A stretch of DNA of 64,000 bases from Bacteroidia bacterium (GTDB lineage Bacteria > Bacteroidota > Bacteroidia > AKYH767-A > OLB10): contig JAEUTH010000021.1 in assembly GCA_016788165.1 (NCBI GenBank), positions 153,046-217,045 on the forward strand, given 5' to 3'. Below are positions 10,565 to 20,171 of the stretch, in pieces. The notes under the pieces were generated by a model, which ran no database searches, had not been told where the DNA came from, and saw only the letters and a list, made by a program, of their open reading frames with translations. The translations under genes and the position numbers were made by a program. Each line of letters opens with the position of its first letter. Position 1 is the first letter of the stretch.

Positions 10565-11194
10565 ATGCTTTTAGAAGTTAATCCTTTAAACCCCGATAGT
10601 CGCCAAATTAATAAGATAGTGGCTTGTTTAAAGGACGATGGTATTATTGTTATCCCAACTGATACAGTATATGCAATGGGCTGTAGCATGCATAGCAGTA
10701 AAGCATTTGAAAAAATATGCAAACTGAAAAACATACGACCCGAAAAAGCAAATTTTTCATTTATCATGAATAGCTTGTCTGATATTTCTGCTTATACAAA
10801 ACCATTCGATCGTTCTGTTTTTAAACTATTAAATAAATCGCTTCCGGGGCCGTTTACATTTATTCTGGAAGCCAGCAATAACATCCCATCATTTTTTAGA
10901 AATAAAAAGAAAACAGTGGGAATTCGCATACCAAATCATAAAGTACCTATTGAAATTGCCAACCAATTAAGCAATCCATTATTGGTAACATCATTGCACC
11001 TGACACCTGAAAGTAATAGCTATCTGGATTACCCGCTTAATCCATTAGAAATATTTGAGCAATACAGTAGTTTGGTTGATATAATTATTGATGGTGGCTG
11101 GGGGCATACCATACCAAGTACAGTTGTTGATTGTACTAATGATAATATTCGTATTATCCGACAAGGTGCCGGTTTCATACAATTAAATAGTTAA
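10565..11194 (+). CDS. tsaC: L-threonylcarbamoyladenylate synthase (TsaC/YrdC family)
   Basis: 209 aa YrdC/Sua5 domain (IIVIPTDTVYAMGC ... KKTVGIRIP). Confidence 0.8.
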   Translation: MLLEVNPLNPDSRQINKIVACLKDDGIIVIPTDTVYAMGCSMHSSKAFEKICKLKNIRPEKANFSFIMNSLSDISAYTKPFDRSVFKLLNKSLPGPFTFILEASNNIPSFFRNKKKTVGIRIPNHKVPIEIANQLSNPLLVTSLHLTPESNSYLDYPLNPLEIFEQYSSLVDIIIDGGWGHTIPSTVVDCTNDNIRIIRQGAGFIQLNS

Positions 11195-11203
11195 CCGGAT
11201 GTT

Positions 11204-11983
11204 ATGGCAGTAAGGTATCTCTTAAAAAAATTGTTTTGTTTATTACTGCTCTTGTTTACGGGTGAGTTTTTGCTGGCACAATACCGTCCGTTTAATGCTT
11301 TAGACTATGATACCGATTTTTATAAAGTAAAATCGCAAAATATTTCGTTTAAAAATGTAACTGTAAAATTGATAAAAGTAAACACCAAGGCATCTGTCGA
11401 AAGCGATTTTTATTGCAGAGCCTGGTTGGTCGTATTGGTAAACGATTCTTTGTGTGATAGTTTGTATTTTGATAATATGGTAGGTAAAGCCGGCTGTTCG
11501 GGTATATGCTTTGAAACCGAACAGCCTCTTGTTGATAATTTAATACTCGTAAAATATGGCGATTATGATGGTAGAACGATTGTAGTTGACAGCCAAGGCA
11601 AAGTACATAATTTGCAAGGTGGGCGTTATTTCCTTACACGCGATAAACGCTTTTTATTTTCTGTGTATGAGTCAGATTTAAATGGACTTACGGTTTATGA
11701 TTTTAAATTTAAAAAAGTGGCTTATTCCAACGATTCATTAAACAGTAAGTTAAACGAATGGTATTTTCAGGAAGGACGCTATTTTTCATTAGATCAGGAA
11801 GCTGAAGAGGAAGATGTCGAATCAGAAAATATAAACGAATTGCCAAGTTTTAATATCAAACAATTTGATTTTATAAAACGACAACTTAAAGCCGAAAAAT
11901 TACCATTCGAAAATTTAAGGCAGGAAAATGCAATAACCTTAAAACCTAAGTTTAAAAATAAACCCGATTGCATTTGCAAATAG
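11204..11983 (+). CDS. hypothetical secreted protein
   Basis: 259 aa with an N-terminal signal peptide and an acidic stretch near the C-terminus. No recognisable domain. Confidence 0.4.
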   Translation: MAVRYLLKKLFCLLLLLFTGEFLLAQYRPFNALDYDTDFYKVKSQNISFKNVTVKLIKVNTKASVESDFYCRAWLVVLVNDSLCDSLYFDNMVGKAGCSGICFETEQPLVDNLILVKYGDYDGRTIVVDSQGKVHNLQGGRYFLTRDKRFLFSVYESDLNGLTVYDFKFKKVAYSNDSLNSKLNEWYFQEGRYFSLDQEAEEEDVESENINELPSFNIKQFDFIKRQLKAEKLPFENLRQENAITLKPKFKNKPDCICK

Positions 11984-12883
11984 TTACTTGGATCGCGGGT
12001 GAAACTGCATAATAGTTTCGCGTAAAAATGTGCGATTTAAGTGTGTATATATTTCGGTGGTGGTAATGCTTTCATGCCCTAACATTTCCTGTACAGCGCG
12101 TAAATCGGCACCACCTTCAACCAAATGCGTTGCAAACGAATGCCGGAATGTATGTGGCGAAATTTTTTTTGTAATACCTGTTTTTATTGCCAGTGCTTTT
12201 ATAATATTAAATATCATGATGCGGCTTATTTTTTTGCCCCCTCTGTTAAGAAACAGATAGTCAGAATGGCTTGTAGCAATTGTTTGATGATTGCGTGTTT
12301 TTTCAAAATAATTTTTTAATTGTCTGATAGCAATTTGTCCGATAGGTACCAGCCGTTCTTTATTGCCCTTGCCTATAACTTTAATAAATCCAATTTCGAA
12401 ATAAATGTCGGATATTTTAAGTGAAACCAGTTCGCTAACCCGCAAGCCGCAACTATATAAGGTTTCTATAATAGCCTTATTACGTTCGCCATCAGGTTTG
12501 CTCAGGTCAATTACAGCCAATATTGTTTCTATTTCATCTACCGATAATACATCAGGCAATTTACGGCCAAGCTTGGGCGATTGTAATAAGCGCGTAGGGT
12601 TTTTTTGGATGATATTTTCTACCATCAAATATTTATAAAAAGCTTTGATGCCGGAAATAATACGTGCTTGCGAATGTGCACTCATGCCTAAGCTATGTAT
12701 CCAAGCAATAAAATCCTGTAAATGAGAAAGGGTTATCTGCTCGGGCGGGATATTAATTTCTTTAAAATTTAAAAATTGTAACAACTTATTTAAATCATCG
12801 GCATAGGCCTCTAATGTATTTTTCGAAAGCGACCTTTCTAATAACAAGTAGGACTCGAAACCTTTTATATATGACTGCCACAT
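11984..12883 (-). CDS. xerD: site-specific tyrosine recombinase XerD
   Basis: 299 aa. Phage-integrase N-terminal SAM-like domain plus a catalytic domain with the R...HxxR...Y pattern (HTFRHSFATHL ... EIYTH). Confidence 0.85.
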   Translation of the reverse strand: MWQSYIKGFESYLLLERSLSKNTLEAYADDLNKLLQFLNFKEINIPPEQITLSHLQDFIAWIHSLGMSAHSQARIISGIKAFYKYLMVENIIQKNPTRLLQSPKLGRKLPDVLSVDEIETILAVIDLSKPDGERNKAIIETLYSCGLRVSELVSLKISDIYFEIGFIKVIGKGNKERLVPIGQIAIRQLKNYFEKTRNHQTIATSHSDYLFLNRGGKKISRIMIFNIIKALAIKTGITKKISPHTFRHSFATHLVEGGADLRAVQEMLGHESITTTEIYTHLNRTFLRETIMQFHPRSK

Positions 12884-13072
12884 GAAGCCGAAAAGTTACC
12901 GGTTGTTACATAAAAAAACCACTTGGCAAATGCCTAAGTGGTTTGTTGATTAAAGGGGTAATAATCAATGTGCACAATAATAGAAACATTATTTTACTGT
13001 AAAAGAAATTCAGAAAATATTTTTGTTAATTATCAAATATATTTGGCCAATGTATTTAATAGCCCATTTAAA

Positions 13073-13507
13073 ATGAACCTTCATATTATAAACGGCCCTA
13101 ACTTAAATTTATTAGGCATCAGGCAGCCGGAATTGTACGGCAGTCGAACTTTCGAAAGCTATTTTTTACAATTGCAAAATCAATTTAAAAACCATTCCAT
13201 ATATTATTTTCAAAGTAATGTTGAAGGCATCCTTATTGACAAGTTGCATGAAATTGGATTTAACTCTGATGGTATTATTATAAATGCTGGCGGATATACA
13301 CATACGAGTGTTGCCATTGGCGATGCATTGGCATCTATTACAGCACCAGTTATTGAAGTACATATTTCGAACATTTATGCACGCGAACCGTTTAGACATC
13401 AATCTTATTTAAGCCGGCATTGTAAAGCAGTAATCGCAGGTGCGGGTTTATCAGGATATAGTTTTGCACTGCAACTTTTAACGCAACAAAATGATTTTAG
13501 CAAATAA
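13073..13507 (+). CDS. aroQ: 3-dehydroquinate dehydratase, type II
   Basis: MNLHIINGPNLNLLGIRQPELYG is the canonical type II DHQase N-terminus. Preferred start is 13073, not the upstream start at 12968 in the ORF track. Confidence 0.85.
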   Translation: MNLHIINGPNLNLLGIRQPELYGSRTFESYFLQLQNQFKNHSIYYFQSNVEGILIDKLHEIGFNSDGIIINAGGYTHTSVAIGDALASITAPVIEVHISNIYAREPFRHQSYLSRHCKAVIAGAGLSGYSFALQLLTQQNDFSK

Positions 13508-14602
13508 CTATTTTGCTTTTTGAATTGCTGATTGGCCTGCTTTAAATGCAAAGTAAAAAAACACGGATAGCAGTATAATAAAATAACCACCAAACAATAA
13601 GGTAAACTCCCAACTCCAGGTTATAATATAACGTTTAATGTAGGTAATCAGAAAAATACTGTTTGCACTTATGCCTGCAAAAATATAAGCAACCTGGCGG
13701 TCGGATAAACCTAAGTAAGCCAGGCTATGTGTTGTATGATCGCGGCCACCAACAAAAGGTGATTGCCCACGCGACACGCGATTAACTACAACTACAGTTG
13801 TATCAATTATAGGAACAATGAAAGCAATTAATGGAATTATAAATTGTTTGCTTAAAACAACAGCAGCATTAGGGGCATAATAATCGTTCCAAAAATACAT
13901 TATACCCATTGACGACAAAAACACACCTAGGAACTGGCTGCCTGTATCGCCCATATACATTTTTGAAGGATGCCAGTTAAAAAATAAAAATCCGGTTAAC
14001 GAAGCAAGTACACCCACTAAAACTATGAGGTGAATATTATTGTAATCATGTTCCATAAACACCATTACGATAATAATTAATAAAATAAACAGCGATACCA
14101 TGGTTGTAATACCATCCATATTATCTAACATATTAATGCTATTCATAATACCCACAACCCATAACACAGTTAAAAAATAATTTAGCCAATTGCTTTCAAA
14201 AACATGGATATAAATGCCACTATAAATAAGCACAATTGCGCATAAAAACTGAACCGAAAATTTTAATAAAGGTCTTGTATTGTAAGCATCATCGGCTAAG
14301 CCTACTAAAAAGCCTAAGGCCATACTTAACAATAACCCCACAAATTTTACATTATAATTTGAACCGGTTTCTTCAGGCGTAAAAAAAACGGCATAGCTGG
14401 CTACCGAAGCCAAAAATAAAATGTAAAATGAAATACCACCAATGGCAGGTTTTGATGTGCTGCTCCATCTGATAATTTCACCACCACTGTTTTTAGTACC
14501 TAAGGTGCTCGAAAATTTTAAAAACAAACGATTTATCAGGAACGAAAACAACGTACAAAAAACAAAGTACGTTCCATACAAAATAATGTAATGACTATTC
14601 AA
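13508..14602 (-). CDS. undecaprenyl-phosphate sugar-1-phosphate transferase (GT4 MraY/WecA family)
   Basis: 364 aa polytopic protein with the NMxDNMDGIT motif of the MraY/WecA polyprenyl-phosphate N-acetylhexosamine-1-P transferases. Confidence 0.8.
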   Translation of the reverse strand: MNSHYIILYGTYFVFCTLFSFLINRLFLKFSSTLGTKNSGGEIIRWSSTSKPAIGGISFYILFLASVASYAVFFTPEETGSNYNVKFVGLLLSMALGFLVGLADDAYNTRPLLKFSVQFLCAIVLIYSGIYIHVFESNWLNYFLTVLWVVGIMNSINMLDNMDGITTMVSLFILLIIIVMVFMEHDYNNIHLIVLVGVLASLTGFLFFNWHPSKMYMGDTGSQFLGVFLSSMGIMYFWNDYYAPNAAVVLSKQFIIPLIAFIVPIIDTTVVVVNRVSRGQSPFVGGRDHTTHSLAYLGLSDRQVAYIFAGISANSIFLITYIKRYIITWSWEFTLLFGGYFIILLSVFFYFAFKAGQSAIQKAK

Positions 14603-14619
14603 AGCAATTGCAATAAATA

Positions 14620-15186
14620 TTATTTAAATAAATTAACGGTGTTTAATATACACGGCAATATTAAATCCTTTTCCGATACAATGGGCTTTGCTACAGGCCA
14701 TTGTATATTCAATTTCGAGTCGGCATAATTAATACCACTCTCGGCTTCTTTATGCCAGTAATTACTGCATTTATATTGAAACACGGTATCATCAGTCAGC
14801 GATAAGAAACCATGCGCAAAACCTTGAGGGATATAAAGCATCAATTTATTAGCAGCATTTAACTCAATGGCAAAATGCTTACCATAAGTAGCCGAACTTT
14901 TTCTGATATCAACAACAACATCTAAAACAGCACCATTTACAACTCTAATTAATTTAGCCTGGCCAAATGGTGGGTTTTGAAAATGCAAACCTCTGATAAC
15001 ATGTTTTGAACTTACAGATTCATTGTCTTGCACAAACACTTCATCTACACCATCCAACGCTGCTTCTTTCGCATTAAAACTTTCGAAAAAATGGCCCCGG
15101 CTATCAGTAAATATTTTAGGGGTTATTAATAGTAATCCTGCCAAAGGCAGTTTTTTAAATTGGGCCATAACTAAATTTGTATGCAT
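14620..15186 (-). CDS. rfbC: dTDP-4-dehydrorhamnose 3,5-epimerase
   Basis: 188 aa cupin with the RmlC signature (VIRGLHFQ, QGFAHGF). Confidence 0.85.
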   Translation of the reverse strand: MHTNLVMAQFKKLPLAGLLLITPKIFTDSRGHFFESFNAKEAALDGVDEVFVQDNESVSSKHVIRGLHFQNPPFGQAKLIRVVNGAVLDVVVDIRKSSATYGKHFAIELNAANKLMLYIPQGFAHGFLSLTDDTVFQYKCSNYWHKEAESGINYADSKLNIQWPVAKPIVSEKDLILPCILNTVNLFK

Positions 15187-15252
15187 GCAAATAAAATTAA
15201 TTAATTACGCATTGTTGTACATTCTAAAACAATGCAATAATTTGTAATTGAA

Positions 15253-15690
15253 TTGCTTTTTTACATTAGCGGCATGGAACAGCATCAATTTGAAATGCCA
15301 CACTTAATTAAATTTAATAAATGGGGCGAAAGTGCAATTGGTTACATCTCTGTTACCCAAAACAATGAATTGCCATTTATTGTAAAGCGTGTATTTTGGA
15401 CTTATTACACACCTGAAAGCATTGTAAGAGGCCGTCACGCACATTTTAAAACCGAACAAATTTTAATTGCTGTAAGCGGCCGGATAATTGTGAATACAGA
15501 AAATGCCTCAGGCAAAATAAATCAATTTGTATTAGAAAGCCCCGATGTGGGTGTTTATCTGCCACCCAATGTGTGGCATACCATGCAATACTCACATGCT
15601 GCCGTTCAAATGGTTTTGGCCAGTACCGATTTTAATGAAAATGATTATATCAGAAATCATAATGAGTTTAAAAAAATATGGGGCAGCTAG
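15253..15690 (+). CDS. FdtA/WxcM-like sugar 3,4-ketoisomerase (cupin)
   Basis: 145 aa with a WxcM-like C-terminal domain pattern (RGRHAH.K.EQ..I...G). Overlaps the next gene by 13 nt. Confidence 0.7.
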   Translation: MLFYISGMEQHQFEMPHLIKFNKWGESAIGYISVTQNNELPFIVKRVFWTYYTPESIVRGRHAHFKTEQILIAVSGRIIVNTENASGKINQFVLESPDVGVYLPPNVWHTMQYSHAAVQMVLASTDFNENDYIRNHNEFKKIWGS

Positions 15691-16271
15691 CATCTTATTT
15701 TAAACACCCACATGCTTTGGTAGAAACCGAAAGTATTGGCGAAGGTACCAGAATATGGGCCTTTGTTCATATTTTAAATGGCGTTAACATTGGTGAAAAT
15801 TGTAACATTTGCGACCATTGTTTTATCGAGTCGCAAGTAAGCATCGGAAATAATGTTACCATAAAAAGTGGTATTTATATTTGGGCCGGTACTACTATTG
15901 AGGATGATGTGTTTTTAGGTCCAAACGTAGTTTTTACCAACGATATAAGGCCACGCAGTAAACAGTTTTTGCAAAACCCTGTTCCAACACTCGTACAAAA
16001 AGGAGCTTCAATTGGTGCAAACTCAACCATATTAGCAGGCATTACAATAGGTAAGTATGCCATGTGTGGTATTGGTAGTGTAGTTACACGCGATGTTAAG
16101 AATTATGCTTTAGTATTTGGTAACCCTGCCAGGCAACAAGGTTGGGTAAACGAACGTGGCGAAAAATTACAACAACGTACGGCATCGTTATGGGAAAGTA
16201 CTAATGGTGACATTTATAAGGAAACTTCAGAAGGTTTAAAACCACATAAAAAACAAAAAAATAAATTTTGA
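15678..16271 (+). CDS. FdtC-like hexapeptide-repeat N-acetyltransferase
   Basis: 197 aa left-handed beta-helix acyltransferase with multiple [LIV]GxxxxI hexapeptides. Overlaps the next gene by 4 nt. Confidence 0.7.
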   Translation: MGQLASYFKHPHALVETESIGEGTRIWAFVHILNGVNIGENCNICDHCFIESQVSIGNNVTIKSGIYIWAGTTIEDDVFLGPNVVFTNDIRPRSKQFLQNPVPTLVQKGASIGANSTILAGITIGKYAMCGIGSVVTRDVKNYALVFGNPARQQGWVNERGEKLQQRTASLWESTNGDIYKETSEGLKPHKKQKNKF

Positions 16272-17197
16272 CCACGCTTTCAGTTATTGTACCATTTTAT
16301 TTTAATCAGGCTAATGTGCAGGTTACTACGGATACATTGTTCGAGAACGAAAAACTATTTGAGCCCGATTTAAAGTTTCAATATATTTTTATTGATGATG
16401 GAAGCAAAGATGATACGCTTCAACTCTTAAAACAAGTGAAGCAAAATAGTAGCCGGCAAATAGTAATTATAAAACTTGCAGGCAACTTTGGTTCGTATAA
16501 TGCCATACTTGCCGGGATGCAATATGCAACCGGTGATTGTAACGTGGTTATTACTTCCGACCTGCAGGACCCGCCACCATTAATTTTAAAAATGTATAAC
16601 TACTGGCAACAAGGGTTTAAATTGGTTTTGGCTAACCGTAACAAACGAAACGATTCATTTATTACCAATTTTTTTGCTAACACTTATCATAAGCTCATTA
16701 AAAAATTTGCTTCAATTAATTTGCCAGATGGTGGATTTGATTTTTGCTTATTTGATAAACAACTACGTCAACAAGTAGTTGATATGGATGAGAAAAACAC
16801 CAACTCATTGTATTTATTAGTTTGGCTTAAATACGATTACATAAGCATTGCCTACACAAGGCAAGAGCGTAAGCTGGGCAAAAGCCGCTGGACGTTAAAT
16901 AAAAAAATTAAGCTTTTTATTGATTCGTTTGTGTCGTTCAGTTATTTGCCCTTGCGACTTATTACTGTTGGTGGTTTAATTATGGGCATATGTGCATTTA
17001 TGTATGCTTGCTATGTGCTGTTTGCAAAACTTACGGGCATGGTACATGTTGAAGGATGGAGTGCATTAATGGTAGTTTTTTTATTGGTATCCTCCTTTCA
17101 ATCAATTGCACTGGGCATTATTGGCGAATATTTATGGCGCAACCTGGAGCACAGTCGAAACAGACCTGCTTACGTAGTTGATGAGGTATATAAATAA
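16268..17197 (+). CDS. GT2 polyprenyl-phosphate glycosyltransferase (ArnC/GtrB/DPM1-like)
   Basis: 309 aa. GT-A N-terminal domain (VIVPFY..., DDGSKDDT, DxD-like DLQD) plus two C-terminal TM helices as in GtrB/ArnC. TTG start. Confidence 0.75.
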   Translation: MTTLSVIVPFYFNQANVQVTTDTLFENEKLFEPDLKFQYIFIDDGSKDDTLQLLKQVKQNSSRQIVIIKLAGNFGSYNAILAGMQYATGDCNVVITSDLQDPPPLILKMYNYWQQGFKLVLANRNKRNDSFITNFFANTYHKLIKKFASINLPDGGFDFCLFDKQLRQQVVDMDEKNTNSLYLLVWLKYDYISIAYTRQERKLGKSRWTLNKKIKLFIDSFVSFSYLPLRLITVGGLIMGICAFMYACYVLFAKLTGMVHVEGWSALMVVFLLVSSFQSIALGIIGEYLWRNLEHSRNRPAYVVDEVYK

Positions 17198-19055
17198 GAT
17201 GGATGCATTACATAATCAAATTGGCTGGGTATTTCTGATTTTGATTATAAGCATTTTTGTTTTGCTTGTAATAGGTCATGTGGTAAAAGCTTTATTAGGT
17301 TTAGCCTCTGCTGATAAAACCGGCTATTATGCATTACTAACAGGCACTGTTTTTTTTGTCCTTTTTTCAGCAACTATTTTAAGTTGTTCTAAAACCATAA
17401 TGTTAGGCTTCGTATTGATTTTTGTTTTTCTTAATAATAAACCTTATAAAATAAAATGGCCCTCAATAAATAATGTTTTGCATGTTGTAATTATTGCATC
17501 TGCTTTTTTTACTATTCAATATCTAACAATTTTTAACGGCAATGAGTTGCCGCTGTTGCCCGAAGGTGATGCATTGTATTATGCACGATTGGCAAGCAAA
17601 ATGGCCGAAACCGGAATTGAAAACACCAACCTGTATGGCAATGAAGGCAGGGAGCCCTATCATTATTTTGATTTGTGGATAACGGCTACGCTTATAAAAT
17701 TTACAAAGTTCAATCCTTACCTGATATTAAAGCTAATTGTATATCCTATTTTGCTTACAATTTTATATGCAGGTTATTTTTTATGGGCATGCAGTAAAAA
17801 TTTAAGTAAATTAAACTCGGCATTGTTGGCTTTGCTGCTGTGTTTCTTTTCAGGATTTTATCTGCTGGCTTTCGATAAAATTAATTATGTAAACGATAGC
17901 GTATTGTTTTTTTATAGCGCAATAACGTACCCCAAATTATTGGTTATATATATTTTTATTCAAGCTGCTTTTATAAGTTACATCAGTAAAAATAATTTCA
18001 ATGCCATAACCTGGTTAGCATGCTTGCCACTTTGTTTTATTACAGTTGTACCGGTTTATTCAGCTTTGTTGTGCATTTTAATATTGCTAATTGCATTAAA
18101 ACTTACCAGTGTTAAATGGCAACAAGTTTTACCTGCAGTTTTTATTGTTGTTTTTATATTGATATTTTATTTACTGCAACCGGTTTCTACTACTATAAAT
18201 GGTGATAAGATTAATTCAGTTGATTCTTTTTTCTCGCTGAAATATTTTGTAACAGCTTTCAATATTTTTTTAGTTACGGTTGCTCAGTTCGTTATTGCGT
18301 ACAGCATTTGGATTGTTATTGCTTTATGGCTTTTATATAAATGTGCAGATTCAGCGTTTAAACAAGCTACATTAATGTATTGTACGGGCTTTGCTTTTGC
18401 ATTGTTTATTTGGGCTGTGCTGCATCAGATTATGGATAGCGTGCAGTTGTTTTTTAATTTTATAATACCCGCAACTGCCATTTTTTGTTTTTATATTCTT
18501 TTACAAGTAATTGAGTATAAGAAAAAAGTATTTTTTGCAGTAGCTCTTTTGTTGTTAGGTTTTCGAGTGCTGCAGTTTTTTCATTTTAATGGCATAAAAA
18601 CAAATCCATACAGCAAAACCTATACAGATTACGTGAGCCGTCAAATTGATGGTAAAAACATGGTTGCTGCATCAATAATAAATGGAGTAAGTTACGACCG
18701 CATTTTTGCAAAAAACACACAGTTTAGGGTTAACGATGCATACCTTTATTATATCAATCCAACATATAAATGTCATGCTATATCGGTTATGGATGGTTAT
18801 AATGCTAAAGGAAATAAAGCGTTGGAGAAATTGTTTGTAGAGCAATCTGTATTTTATCAGTTTGTGCAACATCAAAAAGCAACGGGTGTTTTTCAGGATA
18901 TAGCACAAAGTCAGATTGATTTTATAAAAGAGAAAAAAATAAAACTTGTATTTGTAAACAAAGGCAGCTATGTAGCCGATTCAATTATTGCCTTAGCTGA
19001 TACTACTTTAACCGATACAGGGACAGGCGAAACTTTATTAATGTTATCCTATTAG
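17178..19055 (+). CDS. polytopic membrane protein, GT-C-like (ArnT/PMT-type) glycosyltransferase candidate
   Basis: 625 aa with at least 12 predicted TM helices followed by a roughly 150-aa soluble C-terminal domain. Start overlaps the GT2 stop; ATG at 17181 or 17199 is more likely than the TTG at 17178. Confidence 0.45.
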   Translation: MMRYINKMDALHNQIGWVFLILIISIFVLLVIGHVVKALLGLASADKTGYYALLTGTVFFVLFSATILSCSKTIMLGFVLIFVFLNNKPYKIKWPSINNVLHVVIIASAFFTIQYLTIFNGNELPLLPEGDALYYARLASKMAETGIENTNLYGNEGREPYHYFDLWITATLIKFTKFNPYLILKLIVYPILLTILYAGYFLWACSKNLSKLNSALLALLLCFFSGFYLLAFDKINYVNDSVLFFYSAITYPKLLVIYIFIQAAFISYISKNNFNAITWLACLPLCFITVVPVYSALLCILILLIALKLTSVKWQQVLPAVFIVVFILIFYLLQPVSTTINGDKINSVDSFFSLKYFVTAFNIFLVTVAQFVIAYSIWIVIALWLLYKCADSAFKQATLMYCTGFAFALFIWAVLHQIMDSVQLFFNFIIPATAIFCFYILLQVIEYKKKVFFAVALLLLGFRVLQFFHFNGIKTNPYSKTYTDYVSRQIDGKNMVAASIINGVSYDRIFAKNTQFRVNDAYLYYINPTYKCHAISVMDGYNAKGNKALEKLFVEQSVFYQFVQHQKATGVFQDIAQSQIDFIKEKKIKLVFVNKGSYVADSIIALADTTLTDTGTGETLLMLSY

Positions 19056-19057
19056 TT

Positions 19058-20125
19058 TTATGCAAATCGTTTACGAATAAAAATATTTAGCGGCTCCTCA
19101 ATCAGTTTAAAGCATATAATAGAAAGTACAGTTATCAAAACAAAACAGAGCCAAACGGGTAAACCCATTTTTAAAATAGCACTCATAAAAACGCCCATGT
19201 GCAGTAAATAAAAAGCATACGAGCTTTTGCCGAGTAATTGCACAAAAGGTACCGACAAAAATTTTTGTAAAAGTGTTTTTTCGAATATTAGTCCGTAAAA
19301 AAGCGGCACAATAGCAAACACCGGTAAAATCAAATTATTAATCAGAACACCTGCAGGATGATGTATTCCGGCAACATGATTGCCCTTAAAAATCGATATT
19401 AAATAAATACAAACTAAAAAGTTAAGTACACCAAGCAAACTGTAGTTAATTTTGAAACGAAATTTTATTTTTAAGTGAAGCATATAGGCTAATGCTATGC
19501 CGGCAAAAAATTCGAAACAACGACCCATAAAAGTATATATGGCCATAAAACCATAGCTACTCATAAAACTTTTACATCCGATGCTTTGCGAAGTTTTAAC
19601 GATGAGGCATCCCAGTATAAAAATTATAACAGGCAATACGACCATTGCAATTTTATTTTTTCGAATTGCTAAAAACCAAAGCGGTGCGGTTAAGTAAAAA
19701 ATTTCTTCAACCGTTAGTGACCATCCTTGCGCAATGCCTGTAAACTTTATATCGGCAAACAAACCCTTCAGAAAGGTAATGTTATAGAAGTATAAGTTTA
19801 AAAGCATTTTTGATGAAGGGCTTTGTATTCCAATCCATAAAAAGGTAATTGTAGTAAGAATAAAAAATAACGGATATATACGTGCGAACCGTCTAAAGAA
19901 GTATTTCTTAAAAGCTGTATTTGAATCGAACAAATATTTATGTGCAATTAAAAATCCACTTAGCACAAAAAACAACGTAACACCTGTATGAAATTCGTTT
20001 ACAATGCCCCACAATATTTCGCAACCTGCAATATCTTTAAATGGGTTGTAATGATGCAAAAACACCATGTATGCTGCTATGGCTCTTATACCGGTTAAAG
20101 CCTTAAAGAAATCCGGTTGTGCCAT
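19058..20125 (-). CDS. acyltransferase family 3 (OafA-like) membrane O-acyltransferase
   Basis: 355 aa with 10 TMs and an N-terminal AIAAYMVFLHH motif typical of acyltransferase-3. Confidence 0.75.
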   Translation of the reverse strand: MAQPDFFKALTGIRAIAAYMVFLHHYNPFKDIAGCEILWGIVNEFHTGVTLFFVLSGFLIAHKYLFDSNTAFKKYFFRRFARIYPLFFILTTITFLWIGIQSPSSKMLLNLYFYNITFLKGLFADIKFTGIAQGWSLTVEEIFYLTAPLWFLAIRKNKIAMVVLPVIIFILGCLIVKTSQSIGCKSFMSSYGFMAIYTFMGRCFEFFAGIALAYMLHLKIKFRFKINYSLLGVLNFLVCIYLISIFKGNHVAGIHHPAGVLINNLILPVFAIVPLFYGLIFEKTLLQKFLSVPFVQLLGKSSYAFYLLHMGVFMSAILKMGLPVWLCFVLITVLSIICFKLIEEPLNIFIRKRFA

Positions 20126-20171
20126 TATTAAAATTTAAACAGGTTGGAGTTACAAAAGCACCTATTAGGTT

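Noticed and set aside
11984-12883. Tyrosine recombinase as a marker of an integrated mobile element
   Set aside because: Its sequence and its divergent pairing with aroQ fit the housekeeping chromosome-dimer resolvase XerD of Bacteroidota. No flanking att-like repeats or cargo genes were seen.
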